A DNA stretch of 64,000 nucleotides from a virus. The translations under genes and the position numbers were made by a program. The stretch spans positions 32,001-96,000 of the IMG/VR virus record IMGVR_UViG_3300037297_000135, one strand, 5' to 3'. Shown piece after piece: positions 8,235 through 16,636 of this stretch (position 1 is the stretch's first letter; each line of letters begins with the position of its first letter). The notes beneath the pieces were generated by a model. That model made no database searches and was not told where the DNA came from. It saw only the letters and a list, made by a program, of their open reading frames with translations.

Positions 8235-10154
8235 TTGTTTATGGATGTTGTATTATGTCAATTTGGGAATATGATAGGCGATAATGTTTATTTGCCATAT
8301 TCTATAGGTTGTATTGTGTCTTATTGCAAGCCCAAAACAAAAGATATAAATTATAAGATGTTGTATATTAAAAAGGATATAAACACCATTTTGGACGAAA
8401 TAGGTACACCTGATGTGCTTGCAATGAGTTCATATATATGGAATCATCAATACAATCTCAGAATTGCAAAACTAATCAATATAAAAAACCCTCAAACAAC
8501 AATCATTTTTGGAGGGCATGAGATAAATGGATTTGATAAAGATATATTTCAAAAATATCCATTTATTGATTTTGTTGTGAATGGTGAAGGTGAATATACA
8601 TTTTATAAAATACTTCAATCATTAAAAGGCGAAAATCATTTTTTTTACAACCATACAATTAATATGGGTGGTTCAGCAATGATATTGAAACAAAAAAATG
8701 ATTTTATAGATATAAATGATATACCAAGTCCATATTTAACAGATATATTTGATGATATAATGAAAGAAAAATATAATTTTACAGCATCACTTGAAACAAA
8801 TAGAGGTTGTCCATATCAGTGTTATTATTGTGATTGGGGCAATCATAAGGTAACAAATAAAAAAATGAGATTGTTTAATGAAGACCGTGTAAATGCTGAA
8901 ATAGAATGGTTTGGGAAAAATAAAATAGATTTTGTTTTTGGTTGTGATAGTAATTATGGTTTTTATGGCAAAAGAGATATGAAGTTTATAGATGAAATAA
9001 TTGAAACAAAAAAGACATATGGATTTCCAAATAAATTTCGTGTTTGTTATACTAAAAATAGTGATGAAACAATTTTCAAAATGAATAAAAAATTAAATGA
9101 GTTCAATCTTTCGAAAGGGGCAACAATATCATTTCAAAGTTTTAATAAACAAACATTAAAAGCTGTTAAAAGAAAAAATATGGGTATACAAGATTTTCAA
9201 AAATATATATTAATGTATAACAAAGAAAATATTCCAGTATATACAGAATTAATATTAGGTCTTCCAGAAGAAACATATGAATCATTTAAAGAAGGATTTA
9301 ATATTTTATTAAATAATATGCAACATAGTAATATTGTTGTATATTATTGTCAGGTATTAGAAAATAGTAAATTAAATGAAAAAGAATATAAAGAAAAATA
9401 TGATATAAAAATATCAAAGATTCCAATGTATGCTACACATACAAAATTTGAAAAAGACCAGATATTTGAATATGAAAACATTGTTGTAAAAACAGAAAAA
9501 ATGTTTAGAACTGATTGGGTTTGGTCTTGTATGTTTAGTTGGAGTGTTCAAACATTTCATTGTTTGGGTTTAACTCAATATATAGCTATACATTTAAAAT
9601 ATGTATATGGAATTGAATACAAAGATTTTTATACTAATTTAATATATTTAGAATTTAATAATAGTATTAATTTAATAAAAAATGAATATTTTAAAGTTAT
9701 GCATATATTTAATCAGGTTGCAGTTGAAAAAGGAAGTTTTAAATATATAGTAGATGATATAAATTGGCCGATTGAAGAAGGAAGTTTTCTTCATTTTATA
9801 GATAATTTTGATTTGTTTTATTTAGAAATTGTGGAATTTTTATTTAAAAAATATCCTGAAATCGCAAAAAATAAAGAAATAACTGAATTGATAAATTTTA
9901 ACAAATATATGTTATGTAAATATAATGACAAAATTTTTCATATGAAGATGAATTATTCATTTGTAGATATATTTGAAAAATATTTTGAAACTGGAAAATA
10001 TGAATTTGAAGAATGTAAAAATAGAACATATTATCCAGCAACAAAAAAATATAAAAATTTTAAAGATTTTGCTATAAATGTAGTTTGGTATGGTCGTAAA
10101 GGTGGAAAAACATTTAAGAATTTAAATGATATTAAAGTAGAGTATATTAAATGA
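8235..10154 (+). CDS. Cobalamin-binding radical SAM enzyme
   Basis: N-terminal B12-binding-like domain (YLPYSIG, SSYIWN, IIFGGHE, NGEGE); ETNRGCPYQCYYCDWG CxxxCxxC motif; ELILGLPEET. Confidence 0.9.
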   Translation: MFMDVVLCQFGNMIGDNVYLPYSIGCIVSYCKPKTKDINYKMLYIKKDINTILDEIGTPDVLAMSSYIWNHQYNLRIAKLINIKNPQTTIIFGGHEINGFDKDIFQKYPFIDFVVNGEGEYTFYKILQSLKGENHFFYNHTINMGGSAMILKQKNDFIDINDIPSPYLTDIFDDIMKEKYNFTASLETNRGCPYQCYYCDWGNHKVTNKKMRLFNEDRVNAEIEWFGKNKIDFVFGCDSNYGFYGKRDMKFIDEIIETKKTYGFPNKFRVCYTKNSDETIFKMNKKLNEFNLSKGATISFQSFNKQTLKAVKRKNMGIQDFQKYILMYNKENIPVYTELILGLPEETYESFKEGFNILLNNMQHSNIVVYYCQVLENSKLNEKEYKEKYDIKISKIPMYATHTKFEKDQIFEYENIVVKTEKMFRTDWVWSCMFSWSVQTFHCLGLTQYIAIHLKYVYGIEYKDFYTNLIYLEFNNSINLIKNEYFKVMHIFNQVAVEKGSFKYIVDDINWPIEEGSFLHFIDNFDLFYLEIVEFLFKKYPEIAKNKEITELINFNKYMLCKYNDKIFHMKMNYSFVDIFEKYFETGKYEFEECKNRTYYPATKKYKNFKDFAINVVWYGRKGGKTFKNLNDIKVEYIK

Positions 10155-10462
10155 TTATTGATGAAACTAAATTTTTTGATAAAAATAATATAAAGATAAA
10201 AGAATTTGATATAGTAAAATGTTATCCACATAAAAATGATACAGACCACAATATAGAAATAGGTATAGTTTTAAAAACTAAAGAAAATGGATGTTTTGAA
10301 TATATTTATAGATTAAATACACTTTGGTATGGTAAAAATAGATTGTCAAGTTATTCATATGGGAAATGGAGTTATACTTTATTTGATTTTGATAATAAAA
10401 TAGATTCAAAATATGTTGAAGTAATTGGTAATGCTTTATTAAATGATATAGATGATTTTTAG
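10151..10462 (+). CDS. YopX-like phage protein
   Basis: FFDKNNIKIKEFDIV ... VEVIGN C-terminal pattern. Confidence 0.55.
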   Translation: MIIDETKFFDKNNIKIKEFDIVKCYPHKNDTDHNIEIGIVLKTKENGCFEYIYRLNTLWYGKNRLSSYSYGKWSYTLFDFDNKIDSKYVEVIGNALLNDIDDF

Positions 10463-10474
10463 GAGGATATAAAG

Positions 10475-11695
10475 ATGTTTGAATATGATGTTTGTGTTGT
10501 AGGTTTGGGAAGAGTTGGTTTACCTTTGGCATTAGCTTTTGATAATGCAGGTTTGAAGGTTTTTGGAATTGATTTGAATGAAAAAATATTAAAAAGTATA
10601 GAACATAAAGAAATGCCTTTTAAAGAAAAAGGATGTCAAGAATTGTTAGAGAAATCAAATTTGACTGTATCAAATGAATATGATGAAAATGTATTTAAAT
10701 GTGAAAACATTGTGATTTGTATAGGAACTCCGATTTTGAAAAATCGAGAAATTGATTTTTCATATTTAAAAAATGTTTTAGACAGCTTGATTCCATATAT
10801 ACAAATTGACCAAAATATTATTTTACGAAGTACAGTTAAACCATTATTAAGCGAAAGAATAAAAGAGTATATTGAATCAGAAAAAAATATGAAGTGTGGT
10901 TACGATTTTTATTTCAGTTTTTGTCCTGAAAGATTAGCTGAAGGCAAAGCATTAGAAGAAATTCAAAATTTGCCACAAATTATAGGTTGTGAAGATGATA
11001 AATCTTTTTATAAATCATCAATTTTATTCAGTAAAATTGTAAAAAAGGAAAGTTTGAAAACAACCTTATTAAATGCTGAACTTTCAAAAGTGTTTTTAAA
11101 TATGAGCAGATATGCTTATTTTGGGATAGTTAATTATTTAACTATTTTAGCTGATACATATAATTCAAATATACATGAAATATTGGAAATATCAAACAAC
11201 AATTATCCTAGACCAATTTTATTTGGACCAGGATTAACAGCTGGAACATGTTTAGTTAAGGATTGGAGAATGCCTGATGCTGATACGATGTATAGCAGTT
11301 TCTTTGAAACAATTGATTCAATCAATCAAAATATTATACAATATTTTTTACCAGATATTGAATCTTGTGTGATAAAAGATGAGTCAATTGGTATTTTAGG
11401 TTATACATTCAAAGCGAATTCAGATGATACAAGAGATTCTATTGTTCCGAATATCATAAGATATTTTGAAAACAGATTTTATAAAAAAATTATGATTCAT
11501 GATTCAAATGTAAACATTGAAGATGTACCTGAAGAACATTGTAAATACTTTAAATCATTTGATGAAGTTAAAAAAGCAGATGTTTTGATTATAGCTGTAA
11601 ATCATGATGAATATAAAAATCATATATATTCAAATGAAGTTGTTTTTGACATTTGGAATATAACTAAAAAAAATAAAATAATTCAATATAATTAG
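10475..11695 (+). CDS. UDP-glucose/GDP-mannose dehydrogenase family NDP-sugar dehydrogenase
   Basis: VVGLGRVG Rossmann motif, ICIGTP, ILRSTV, FCPERLAEG, GTCLVKD with catalytic Cys, LGYTFKANSDDTRDS. Confidence 0.92.
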   Translation: MFEYDVCVVGLGRVGLPLALAFDNAGLKVFGIDLNEKILKSIEHKEMPFKEKGCQELLEKSNLTVSNEYDENVFKCENIVICIGTPILKNREIDFSYLKNVLDSLIPYIQIDQNIILRSTVKPLLSERIKEYIESEKNMKCGYDFYFSFCPERLAEGKALEEIQNLPQIIGCEDDKSFYKSSILFSKIVKKESLKTTLLNAELSKVFLNMSRYAYFGIVNYLTILADTYNSNIHEILEISNNNYPRPILFGPGLTAGTCLVKDWRMPDADTMYSSFFETIDSINQNIIQYFLPDIESCVIKDESIGILGYTFKANSDDTRDSIVPNIIRYFENRFYKKIMIHDSNVNIEDVPEEHCKYFKSFDEVKKADVLIIAVNHDEYKNHIYSNEVVFDIWNITKKNKIIQYN

Positions 11696-11712
11696 TAAGG
11701 ATTAATAATAAA

Positions 11713-11985
11713 ATGGTTGTTACGTGTATTGTTAGTATTTTTGAATACGAAGATTTCGAAATAATTTATTGTTTAATTGATGACGAAACTTATGAACTTG
11801 ATATTGATATTGCAATTGGAGATATGATTGATGATGGTTTGTTGTACCCTGATAAAAAATATTGTATAATATTTGATATAGATTATGAAAAAAGTGATTG
11901 GTATGATGATTGGGATATTGTTTTAAATCTAAATCATTTTTTTGAAATTGAATCATTTGAGGAGATTGAAGATGAAGAATTTTGA
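11713..11985 (+). CDS. Acidic hypothetical protein
   Basis: 90 aa, very D/E-rich; AAGGA RBS. Confidence 0.65.
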   Translation: MVVTCIVSIFEYEDFEIIYCLIDDETYELDIDIAIGDMIDDGLLYPDKKYCIIFDIDYEKSDWYDDWDIVLNLNHFFEIESFEEIEDEEF

Positions 11986-12445
11986 AATTGAACATCAAGG
12001 AAAAAAATATTGGGTTTCAAGAAGTTGTGCGGTAAGTGCTTTTGTTAAAGGATTTGATAAAAATGGTGATGAATATGTACTTGCGATAACAAGAGGAAAA
12101 GCTTCACCAGATAATATAGGTAAAAAATGTGTACCATGTGGTTATTTAGATGGAGATGAAACATTATTAGATTGTGTTGTAAGAGAAGTATTTGAAGAAA
12201 CAGGGCTTAAAATTAATAAAGATAAATTTGAATATATAGAATTTAGTGATGATTTAAGCAACAATTATCAAAATATTTCATTTAGATATAAGACTGTAAT
12301 ATTAAGTATTGAAAAGAATATTCCATATATTACAAATATTGAAGAAAATGAAGTTGATGAAGTTAAATGGATAAAACTTGATGATATTGAAAAATATGAT
12401 TGGGCTTTTAATCATTTAGAATTAATAAAAACATATATTTGTTAA
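11942..12445 (+). CDS. Nudix hydrolase (likely start ATG 11972)
   Basis: PCGYLDGDETLLDCVVREVFEETGL Nudix box; WAFNH C-terminal motif. Confidence 0.88.
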   Translation: MKLNHLRRLKMKNFEIEHQGKKYWVSRSCAVSAFVKGFDKNGDEYVLAITRGKASPDNIGKKCVPCGYLDGDETLLDCVVREVFEETGLKINKDKFEYIEFSDDLSNNYQNISFRYKTVILSIEKNIPYITNIEENEVDEVKWIKLDDIEKYDWAFNHLELIKTYIC

Positions 12446-12451
12446 TCATAT

Positions 12452-12526
12452 AGGGGTATAGCTTAATTGGCTTAAAGCGACAGTCTCCAAAACTGTTAGA
12501 TGTCGGTTCGAATCCGACTACCTTTG
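12452..12526 (+). tRNA. tRNA-Trp(CCA)
   Basis: AGGGGTA/TACCTTT acceptor, ACAGT-CTCCAAA-ACTGT, GTCGG-TTCGAAT-CCGAC. Confidence 0.93.
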
Positions 12527-12552
12527 TTCAAATAAAAAAAAGAGGTATTTAA

Positions 12553-12798
12553 ATGAATAATAAATTTGTTTTTGAATGTCCTGAATGCAAGGGGAAAAGC
12601 AAAATTGATTTAACAAGAGAAGAAATTATAAAAACATATATTGGTTCAACAACAGATTGTAGTTATTGTAATGCTTTGTTGCAGATTAGTGAAGATTTAA
12701 CCGTTATAAATTTTGGTAAAAAACTTCAAAAAGCATATGAAAAAATGGGATGCAAATGTACAATTGAAGAAGCAAAAAATAGTTTTATTGAATTTTAA
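12553..12798 (+). CDS. Zinc-ribbon hypothetical protein
   Basis: CPEC...CSYC; GAGG RBS. Confidence 0.7.
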   Translation: MNNKFVFECPECKGKSKIDLTREEIIKTYIGSTTDCSYCNALLQISEDLTVINFGKKLQKAYEKMGCKCTIEEAKNSFIEF

Positions 12799-12802
12799 AT
12801 TT

Positions 12803-12873
12803 GGCGGATTACTCTAGTGGCAGGAGAACCGACTTTCTATCGGTTAACAACAGTTCGATTCTGTTATCCGTCA
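12803..12873 (+). tRNA. tRNA-Glu(UUC), atypical U37
   Basis: GGCGGAT/ATCCGTC acceptor, ACCGA-CTTTCTA-TCGGT, AACAG-TTCGATT-CTGTT. Confidence 0.8.
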
Positions 12874-12877
12874 TTTT

Positions 12878-12951
12878 GGGTCTTTAACTCAGATGGTTAG
12901 AGTGTTCGGTTCATACCCGAATTGTCAGAGGTTCAAGTCCTCTAAGACCTA
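12878..12951 (+). tRNA. tRNA with CAU anticodon (elongator Met or Ile2)
   Basis: GGGTCTT/AAGACCT acceptor, TTCGG-TTCATAC-CCGAA, AGAGG-TTCAAGT-CCTCT. Confidence 0.9.
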
Positions 12952-12963
12952 TTTATACATACA

Positions 12964-13036
12964 GGACATTTAGCTCATTTGGTAGAGCATTCGGCTTTTA
13001 ATCGAAGGGTGCAGGGTTCAAATCCCTGAATGTCCA
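12964..13036 (+). tRNA. tRNA-Lys(UUU)
   Basis: GGACATT/AATGTCC acceptor, TTCGG-CTTTTAA-TCGAA, CAGGG-TTCAAAT-CCCTG. Confidence 0.95.
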
Positions 13037-13048
13037 TTTTGATTGTAG

Positions 13049-13252
13049 GTGAATAAAATGAGATATACAAAAAAGTTATTAGATAAAAGAATATGTGATG
13101 TTGAAAAAAATTGTGATATCACTAAAACTTATAGAGAATGGCTTGAAGATTTAAGTGAACAAATAATTGGTATAAAATTGAATTTTGATTCAATGAATGA
13201 TGATGAATTAAATAATGCAGTTGATGAATTGATTTGGCTTTCATACAAATAA
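13049..13252 (+). CDS. Hypothetical protein
   Basis: 67-aa ORF between tRNA genes. Confidence 0.6.
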   Translation: MNKMRYTKKLLDKRICDVEKNCDITKTYREWLEDLSEQIIGIKLNFDSMNDDELNNAVDELIWLSYK

Positions 13253-13325
13253 GTTGAAGTAGCTCAGTTGGTAGAGCATCGGACTGAAAATCCGAGTGTC
13301 AATGGTTCAATTCCATTCTTCAACA
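13253..13325 (+). tRNA. tRNA-Phe(GAA)
   Basis: GTTGAAG/CTTCAAC acceptor, TCGGA-CTGAAAA-TCCGA, AATGG-TTCAATT-CCATT. Confidence 0.95.
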
Positions 13326-13330
13326 TTTTT

Positions 13331-13444
13331 GCCCCTGTCTGGCGACGTGAAGAATAATTGGTATATTAATGGTTTCAGTATACGTACGGTGCTGTAAGTT
13401 AATATATGGCAAATTCGAGTAACAGTTCGATTCTGTTCGGGGTA
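13331..13444 (+). ncRNA. Atypical tRNA-like RNA (acceptor-like stem + T arm, no D stem, long central hairpin)
   Basis: GCCCC (13331-35) pairs with GGGGT (13439-43); T arm AACAG-TTCGATT-CTGTT; GTATATTAAT/GTTAATATAT 10-bp stem enclosing CAGTAT/GTGCTG. Confidence 0.6.
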
Positions 13445-13464
13445 ATAAATTAATTTAATAAAGG

Positions 13465-13704
13465 ATGATTGAAATTAATATTGAAAATGAAATAAAATTA
13501 TTAATTGAAAAATGCAAAAGAAGAAGAAAAGAACTTGGATTAAGTCAAAGACAAGTTGGAGAAAAAATCGGAAAACATAAAAATGTTATTGAATCAATTG
13601 AAAATTTTAGACATACTCCCAATATAGGTTTGTTTATTTTATATGCTAATGCTTTAGATTTAGAAATAATAATTTCTAAAAAACAATATACAATATTAAA
13701 TTAA
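13465..13704 (+). CDS. XRE-family HTH transcriptional regulator
   Basis: RRKELGLSQRQVGEKIG...IESIENFRHTPNIGLFILYANAL. Confidence 0.88.
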   Translation: MIEINIENEIKLLIEKCKRRRKELGLSQRQVGEKIGKHKNVIESIENFRHTPNIGLFILYANALDLEIIISKKQYTILN

Positions 13705-13715
13705 AAAACAAATAT

Positions 13716-13786
13716 GCGTATGTAATTTAACGGTAGAATATTAGATTACCAATCTAATTGTGAGAGTTCGATTCTCTTCATACGCT
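13716..13786 (+). tRNA. tRNA-Gly with rare ACC anticodon
   Basis: GCGTATG/CATACGC acceptor with T73 (Gly identity), TTAGA-TTACCAA-TCTAA (ACC at 13748-50), GAGAG-TTCGATT-CTCTT. Confidence 0.85.
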
Positions 13787-13798
13787 TTTTTTTATTGT

Positions 13799-13892
13799 TT
13801 TGTATACGCTTGTTTCTAGCGTTTTTATTTATGTAAAACGATACTTTGTTCGATTAAAAAAAACTGTGAAGCTACAAACGAGTCTATACAAA
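13799..13892. repeat. 94-bp imperfect palindromic dispersed repeat, copy A
   Basis: Ends TTTGTATA...TATACAAA; 79/94 ungapped identity (counted by hand) to the reverse complement of 49188-49281. Confidence 0.9.
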
Positions 13893-14003
13893 AAACACCT
13901 TTCAAACTATCTAATTCACTGGGTTTAAACAATATAGACAAACCCTGATAAACACAGGGATTGATTAAATGTATATAATTTTATATGAATAGGGGATAAA
14001 AAA

Positions 14004-14981
14004 ATGAAAATTTTAATTACGGGAGCTTATGGATTTATAGGTTTTCATTTAGCGAATTTTTTATATTCAAAAGGACATCAAATTTGTTTAATTGACAATT
14101 TTTTCAAAAATCAAGATACTGAAGAAGCACATATAATGTATGAAGAATTTGTTTATGACAAAAACATTTGTAGTTTTGATTTAGATTTGACTGATTTTTC
14201 AAATGTTGATTGGGCTTTAACTGAAAAAGAATTTGATATTGTATTTCATTTAGCTGCAATTAATGGAACAGAAAATTTTTATAGAAGGCCAACAAAGATA
14301 ATTGAAAACAATTTTTTAGCTACAATGAATGTTTTAAAAAATATAAAGTGTAAAAAATTTGTGTTTACATCTAGTTGTGAAGCTTATGCAAGCACAGTAA
14401 ATCAAAATATATGTGATATACCAACAAATGAAAAAGTTTTGTTAAGTGTTGAAGATATAATGAATCCTAGATGGAGTTATGGAGGAACAAAGATTTTAGA
14501 AGAATTGTATGTAAAAAACTATTGTACTGAAAACAATATAGATTTTTTAATTTTAAGGTATCATAATATATATGGTATCAGAGATTCACTAAAACATGTT
14601 ATACCAGCATTGTTTAAAAGATGTTTTAGCGAAGAAGATTTTGTGAATATTTATGGAAATTGCACAAGGTCTTTTTTATATATTAAAGATTGTATTGAAT
14701 ATACAATGAGATTGGCAGAATCAAAACATTGCAAAAATGATATATATAATGTTGGAATGCAAGAAGAAGTTTCAATTAAAGAAGTTGTACAAAATATATT
14801 GAGTATATTTAATGTTAATAAGTTGATAAAAATATATGATAAACCAGAAGGTTCGGTTTTAAGAAGATGTCCTGATATGCAAAAAACTATAAATGCAACT
14901 GGATTTAAACCAAAATATAATTTGTATACTGGTTTAAATGAAATGGCTTGGTATTATGAGAAAAAAGGTATTGTGATATAA
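14004..14981 (+). CDS. NAD-dependent NDP-sugar epimerase/dehydratase or decarboxylase (extended SDR)
   Basis: ITGAYGFIG, FHLAA, FTSSCEAY, NPRWSYGGTK (YxxxK), RYHNIYG, RSFLYIKD. Confidence 0.92.
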   Translation: MKILITGAYGFIGFHLANFLYSKGHQICLIDNFFKNQDTEEAHIMYEEFVYDKNICSFDLDLTDFSNVDWALTEKEFDIVFHLAAINGTENFYRRPTKIIENNFLATMNVLKNIKCKKFVFTSSCEAYASTVNQNICDIPTNEKVLLSVEDIMNPRWSYGGTKILEELYVKNYCTENNIDFLILRYHNIYGIRDSLKHVIPALFKRCFSEEDFVNIYGNCTRSFLYIKDCIEYTMRLAESKHCKNDIYNVGMQEEVSIKEVVQNILSIFNVNKLIKIYDKPEGSVLRRCPDMQKTINATGFKPKYNLYTGLNEMAWYYEKKGIVI

Positions 14982-15008
14982 TATACATATATTTTAAAGA
15001 TTGGAGAG

Positions 15009-15488
15009 ATGTTAATGTATGTATTGTTAACACCAAAAGGAAAGTGGAAAATAAATGAACAAGGTGAAAAAATAAAATGGATTCATTTAAAAGGATATAT
15101 AGAAAATCCTCAAGAATATATGTTAAAAGCATATTTCAAAGAAAACTATAAAGATATAATTCAAAATTTAAGAGTAATAAATATAGCTCATAAAGTAAAA
15201 TGTGAAGTAATGTATAAAAATAGTGGATATGATATATATGTACTAAAAACAAATAATAAATATTTTGTTTATTCAGATAGGTATAATGAATTAAAAATAT
15301 ATTGTAATGTATATATGATGAAAGAAATATCAAAAAAAATATTAAAAGAAATAAAAGAAAAAAAAATAAGGCTTGATAATCGAGATTTCAAATTATTGAA
15401 AAAAATACAAGAAGTTAAAAATATTAAAGAATTAAAACAAATAGAAATTAAAAAATTTTTAACATTAAAAGAAACCTATATTATATAG
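15009..15488 (+). CDS. Hypothetical basic protein
   Basis: 159-aa ORF with GGAG RBS. Confidence 0.6.
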   Translation: MLMYVLLTPKGKWKINEQGEKIKWIHLKGYIENPQEYMLKAYFKENYKDIIQNLRVINIAHKVKCEVMYKNSGYDIYVLKTNNKYFVYSDRYNELKIYCNVYMMKEISKKILKEIKEKKIRLDNRDFKLLKKIQEVKNIKELKQIEIKKFLTLKETYII

Positions 15489-15501
15489 GTTTCTTTTATA
15501 T

Positions 15502-16338
15502 ATGAGCAAAACAGAAGAATGTTTTAATATTATTATATTATTTATTTTATTTATTGTAAATAGGGGAGTGAAAAAATTGAATATACCAGAATGGGATAAT
15601 AGAATTTCACCATTGCATTTTAAAAGTGAAATGTTTATTGATTATATTTCACAAATCAAATTATGCATTAAAGAAAAAGCACCGTATTCATGGATTCGTA
15701 TAGGTGATGGAGAAGAGAATGTTTTAGGTCAAGATTATATTTATCCATCAAATAACGTAAGAGCACATGTAAGTTGGTGGAATAATTCAAATTATTGTGG
15801 AACAACATTACCTAATTTAGAATTGCGTGATAGAATGATTGAAGCATATAAAGGTTCAGAAGCAGTAGGATTATTTATTGAACAAAATAGTGTTACAATA
15901 AAAATTTTCAATAAAATAGGGATTCAGCCAAGGCAAATTTTTTATGGATATGATAATGTACATTTGCCTATGAATCCAATATTTGTTAGAATGTTATGTG
16001 AGAATAAAATTTTAGTAGTTGGAGGTGGAAATAGAAATGGACGGAATGGAGAATATTTTGTAAAAAAAATAAAAGAAAAATTGGATATTGATATTGATTT
16101 TGTAAATGGTATAAAATCATATATTGATATTGAAAATTGTATGAATCAAATAAGGAAAAAAGAATTTGATATTGCTTTAGTGTGTGCTGGTGTAAATGCT
16201 AAGGTAATATGTTGGGAGTTGTCCAGAGAAATGAATAAAGTATTTATGGATTTTGGACATGCTTTTGACAATGCTTTTTATGAAGATGAAAAAGGAAATT
16301 ATAAAGATTATTTTTTACTTGACAAAACAATGATATAA
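15502..16338 (+). CDS. GT-D fold-like glycosyltransferase (likely start TTG 15577)
   Basis: WIRIGDGE motif, ALVCAGVNAK, MDFGHAFD; GGGGAG RBS at 15563. Confidence 0.75.
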   Translation: MSKTEECFNIIILFILFIVNRGVKKLNIPEWDNRISPLHFKSEMFIDYISQIKLCIKEKAPYSWIRIGDGEENVLGQDYIYPSNNVRAHVSWWNNSNYCGTTLPNLELRDRMIEAYKGSEAVGLFIEQNSVTIKIFNKIGIQPRQIFYGYDNVHLPMNPIFVRMLCENKILVVGGGNRNGRNGEYFVKKIKEKLDIDIDFVNGIKSYIDIENCMNQIRKKEFDIALVCAGVNAKVICWELSREMNKVFMDFGHAFDNAFYEDEKGNYKDYFLLDKTMI

Positions 16339-16400
16339 TATTAAAATAAATATGTAAAGTCGATATAGGATGTTTTTTCTTAAGTTATTTTCAAATAGGT

Positions 16401-16437
16401 AAAAAAAAAGATTTGTGAATCACAAGTCTTTTTTTTT
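16401..16437. terminator. Bidirectional-type intrinsic terminator insulating the Ro60-like operon
   Basis: A9-GATTTGTG-AAT-CACAAGTC-T9. Confidence 0.8.
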
Positions 16438-16439
16438 AT

Positions 16440-16468
16440 TTGACATATAAATTAATTAATGATATTAT
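16440..16468 (+). promoter_or_regulatory. SigA-type promoter with extended -10 driving the tRNA-mimic array
   Basis: TTGACA-17 nt-TATTAT, with TG at the extended -10 position. Confidence 0.8.
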
Positions 16469-16487
16469 AATTAAAAGAAACAAACTT

Positions 16488-16588
16488 AATGTGATTTTAG
16501 AACTAATAGCTCAATTGTTAGAGCATTAGAATTTTAATCTAAAGGTTAAGGGTTAAAATCCCTTTTTGTTCAACGATAGAATTGCATT
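16488..16588 (+). ncRNA. tRNA-mimic unit 1 (Lys(UUU)-like cloverleaf inside a conserved outer helix; Y-RNA-like)
   Basis: Cloverleaf 16500-16572 (GCTC/GAGC D stem, TTAGA-ATTTTAA-TCTAA, AAGGG-TTAAAAT-CCCTT); outer stem AATGTGATTT/GAATTGCATT. Confidence 0.8.
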
Positions 16589-16636
16589 TTCATTGTTTCT
16601 TTTTCTTAAATAAAAATTTTTAAAAGATAAAAACTT

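Noticed and set aside
13331-13444. Canonical tmRNA (ssrA)
   Set aside because: Only about 114 nt, no tag reading frame or pseudoknot series, and no G3-U70 alanine identity; kept as an unclassified tRNA-like RNA.
1451-16338. T4-like hydroxymethylcytosine DNA glycosylation as the explanation for the GT cluster
   Set aside because: No dNMP hydroxymethylase or thymidylate-synthase-like gene is visible in the window, and a conventional DNA methyltransferase is present. Downgraded, not disproved.
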